Assembly (NCBI GenBank): GCA_025201805.1
Contig: MU619263.1
Location: 219,701-283,700 of the forward strand
Reading direction: 5' to 3'
Source of the DNA: Parasitella parasitica NRRL 2501
Lineage: Eukaryota > Fungi > Mucoromycota
Length of the DNA stretch: 64,000 nt
A program made the position numbers and the translations under genes. A model generated the notes under the pieces. It made no database searches. It worked only from the letters and a program-made list of their open reading frames with translations, and was not told where the DNA came from. Positions 63,922 through 64,000 of the stretch are shown piece after piece. Each line of letters begins with the position of its first letter. The stretch's first letter is position 1.

Positions 63922-64000
63922 ATTTTCCTTTGTAAATTCGATTTTGATGCTTTTATATACAATCAGTGAATAAATAAGGAATAATGATGACTAACTCAGG

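Overview
Gene-dense, intron-rich eukaryotic window from an early-diverging fungus, almost certainly Mucorales (Mucor/Parasitella-like: short GT-AG introns with poly-A/T tracts, an fkbA-patA gene pair, a CigA-like gene). Bases 1-57.3 kb hold about 29 mostly housekeeping genes (PA2G4/Ebp1, PAM18, CAMK-like kinase, PPWD1, phospholipase B/cPLA2, MBF1, TBC RabGAP, malonyl-CoA decarboxylase, SEC22, HYPK-like, GDI1, USP, Shewanella-like phosphatase, NOT1, FKBP12, APC permease, cyclin L, bZIP, O-fucosyltransferase, bHLH, F-box, methyltransferase, Cu-ATPase), one tRNA-Arg(ACG) and a 252-bp Tc1/mariner-type MITE. Bases 57.9-63.4 kb are a transposon cluster: a decayed Mucorales multicopy ORF, a Mutator-like transposase with one nonsense codon bracketed by self-complementary 22-bp inverted repeats, and deleted Tc1/IS630 copies. 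A small secreted Cys-containing protein follows. The most notable signals are the conserved convergent fkbA/patA locus with other tail-to-tail overlaps, the hairpin-ended MULE, a multi-PAM2 protein, a His-tailed HYPK and four GC-AG introns. There are five short N gaps. Exon boundaries were read by eye, and CDS coordinates span start codon to stop codon including introns.
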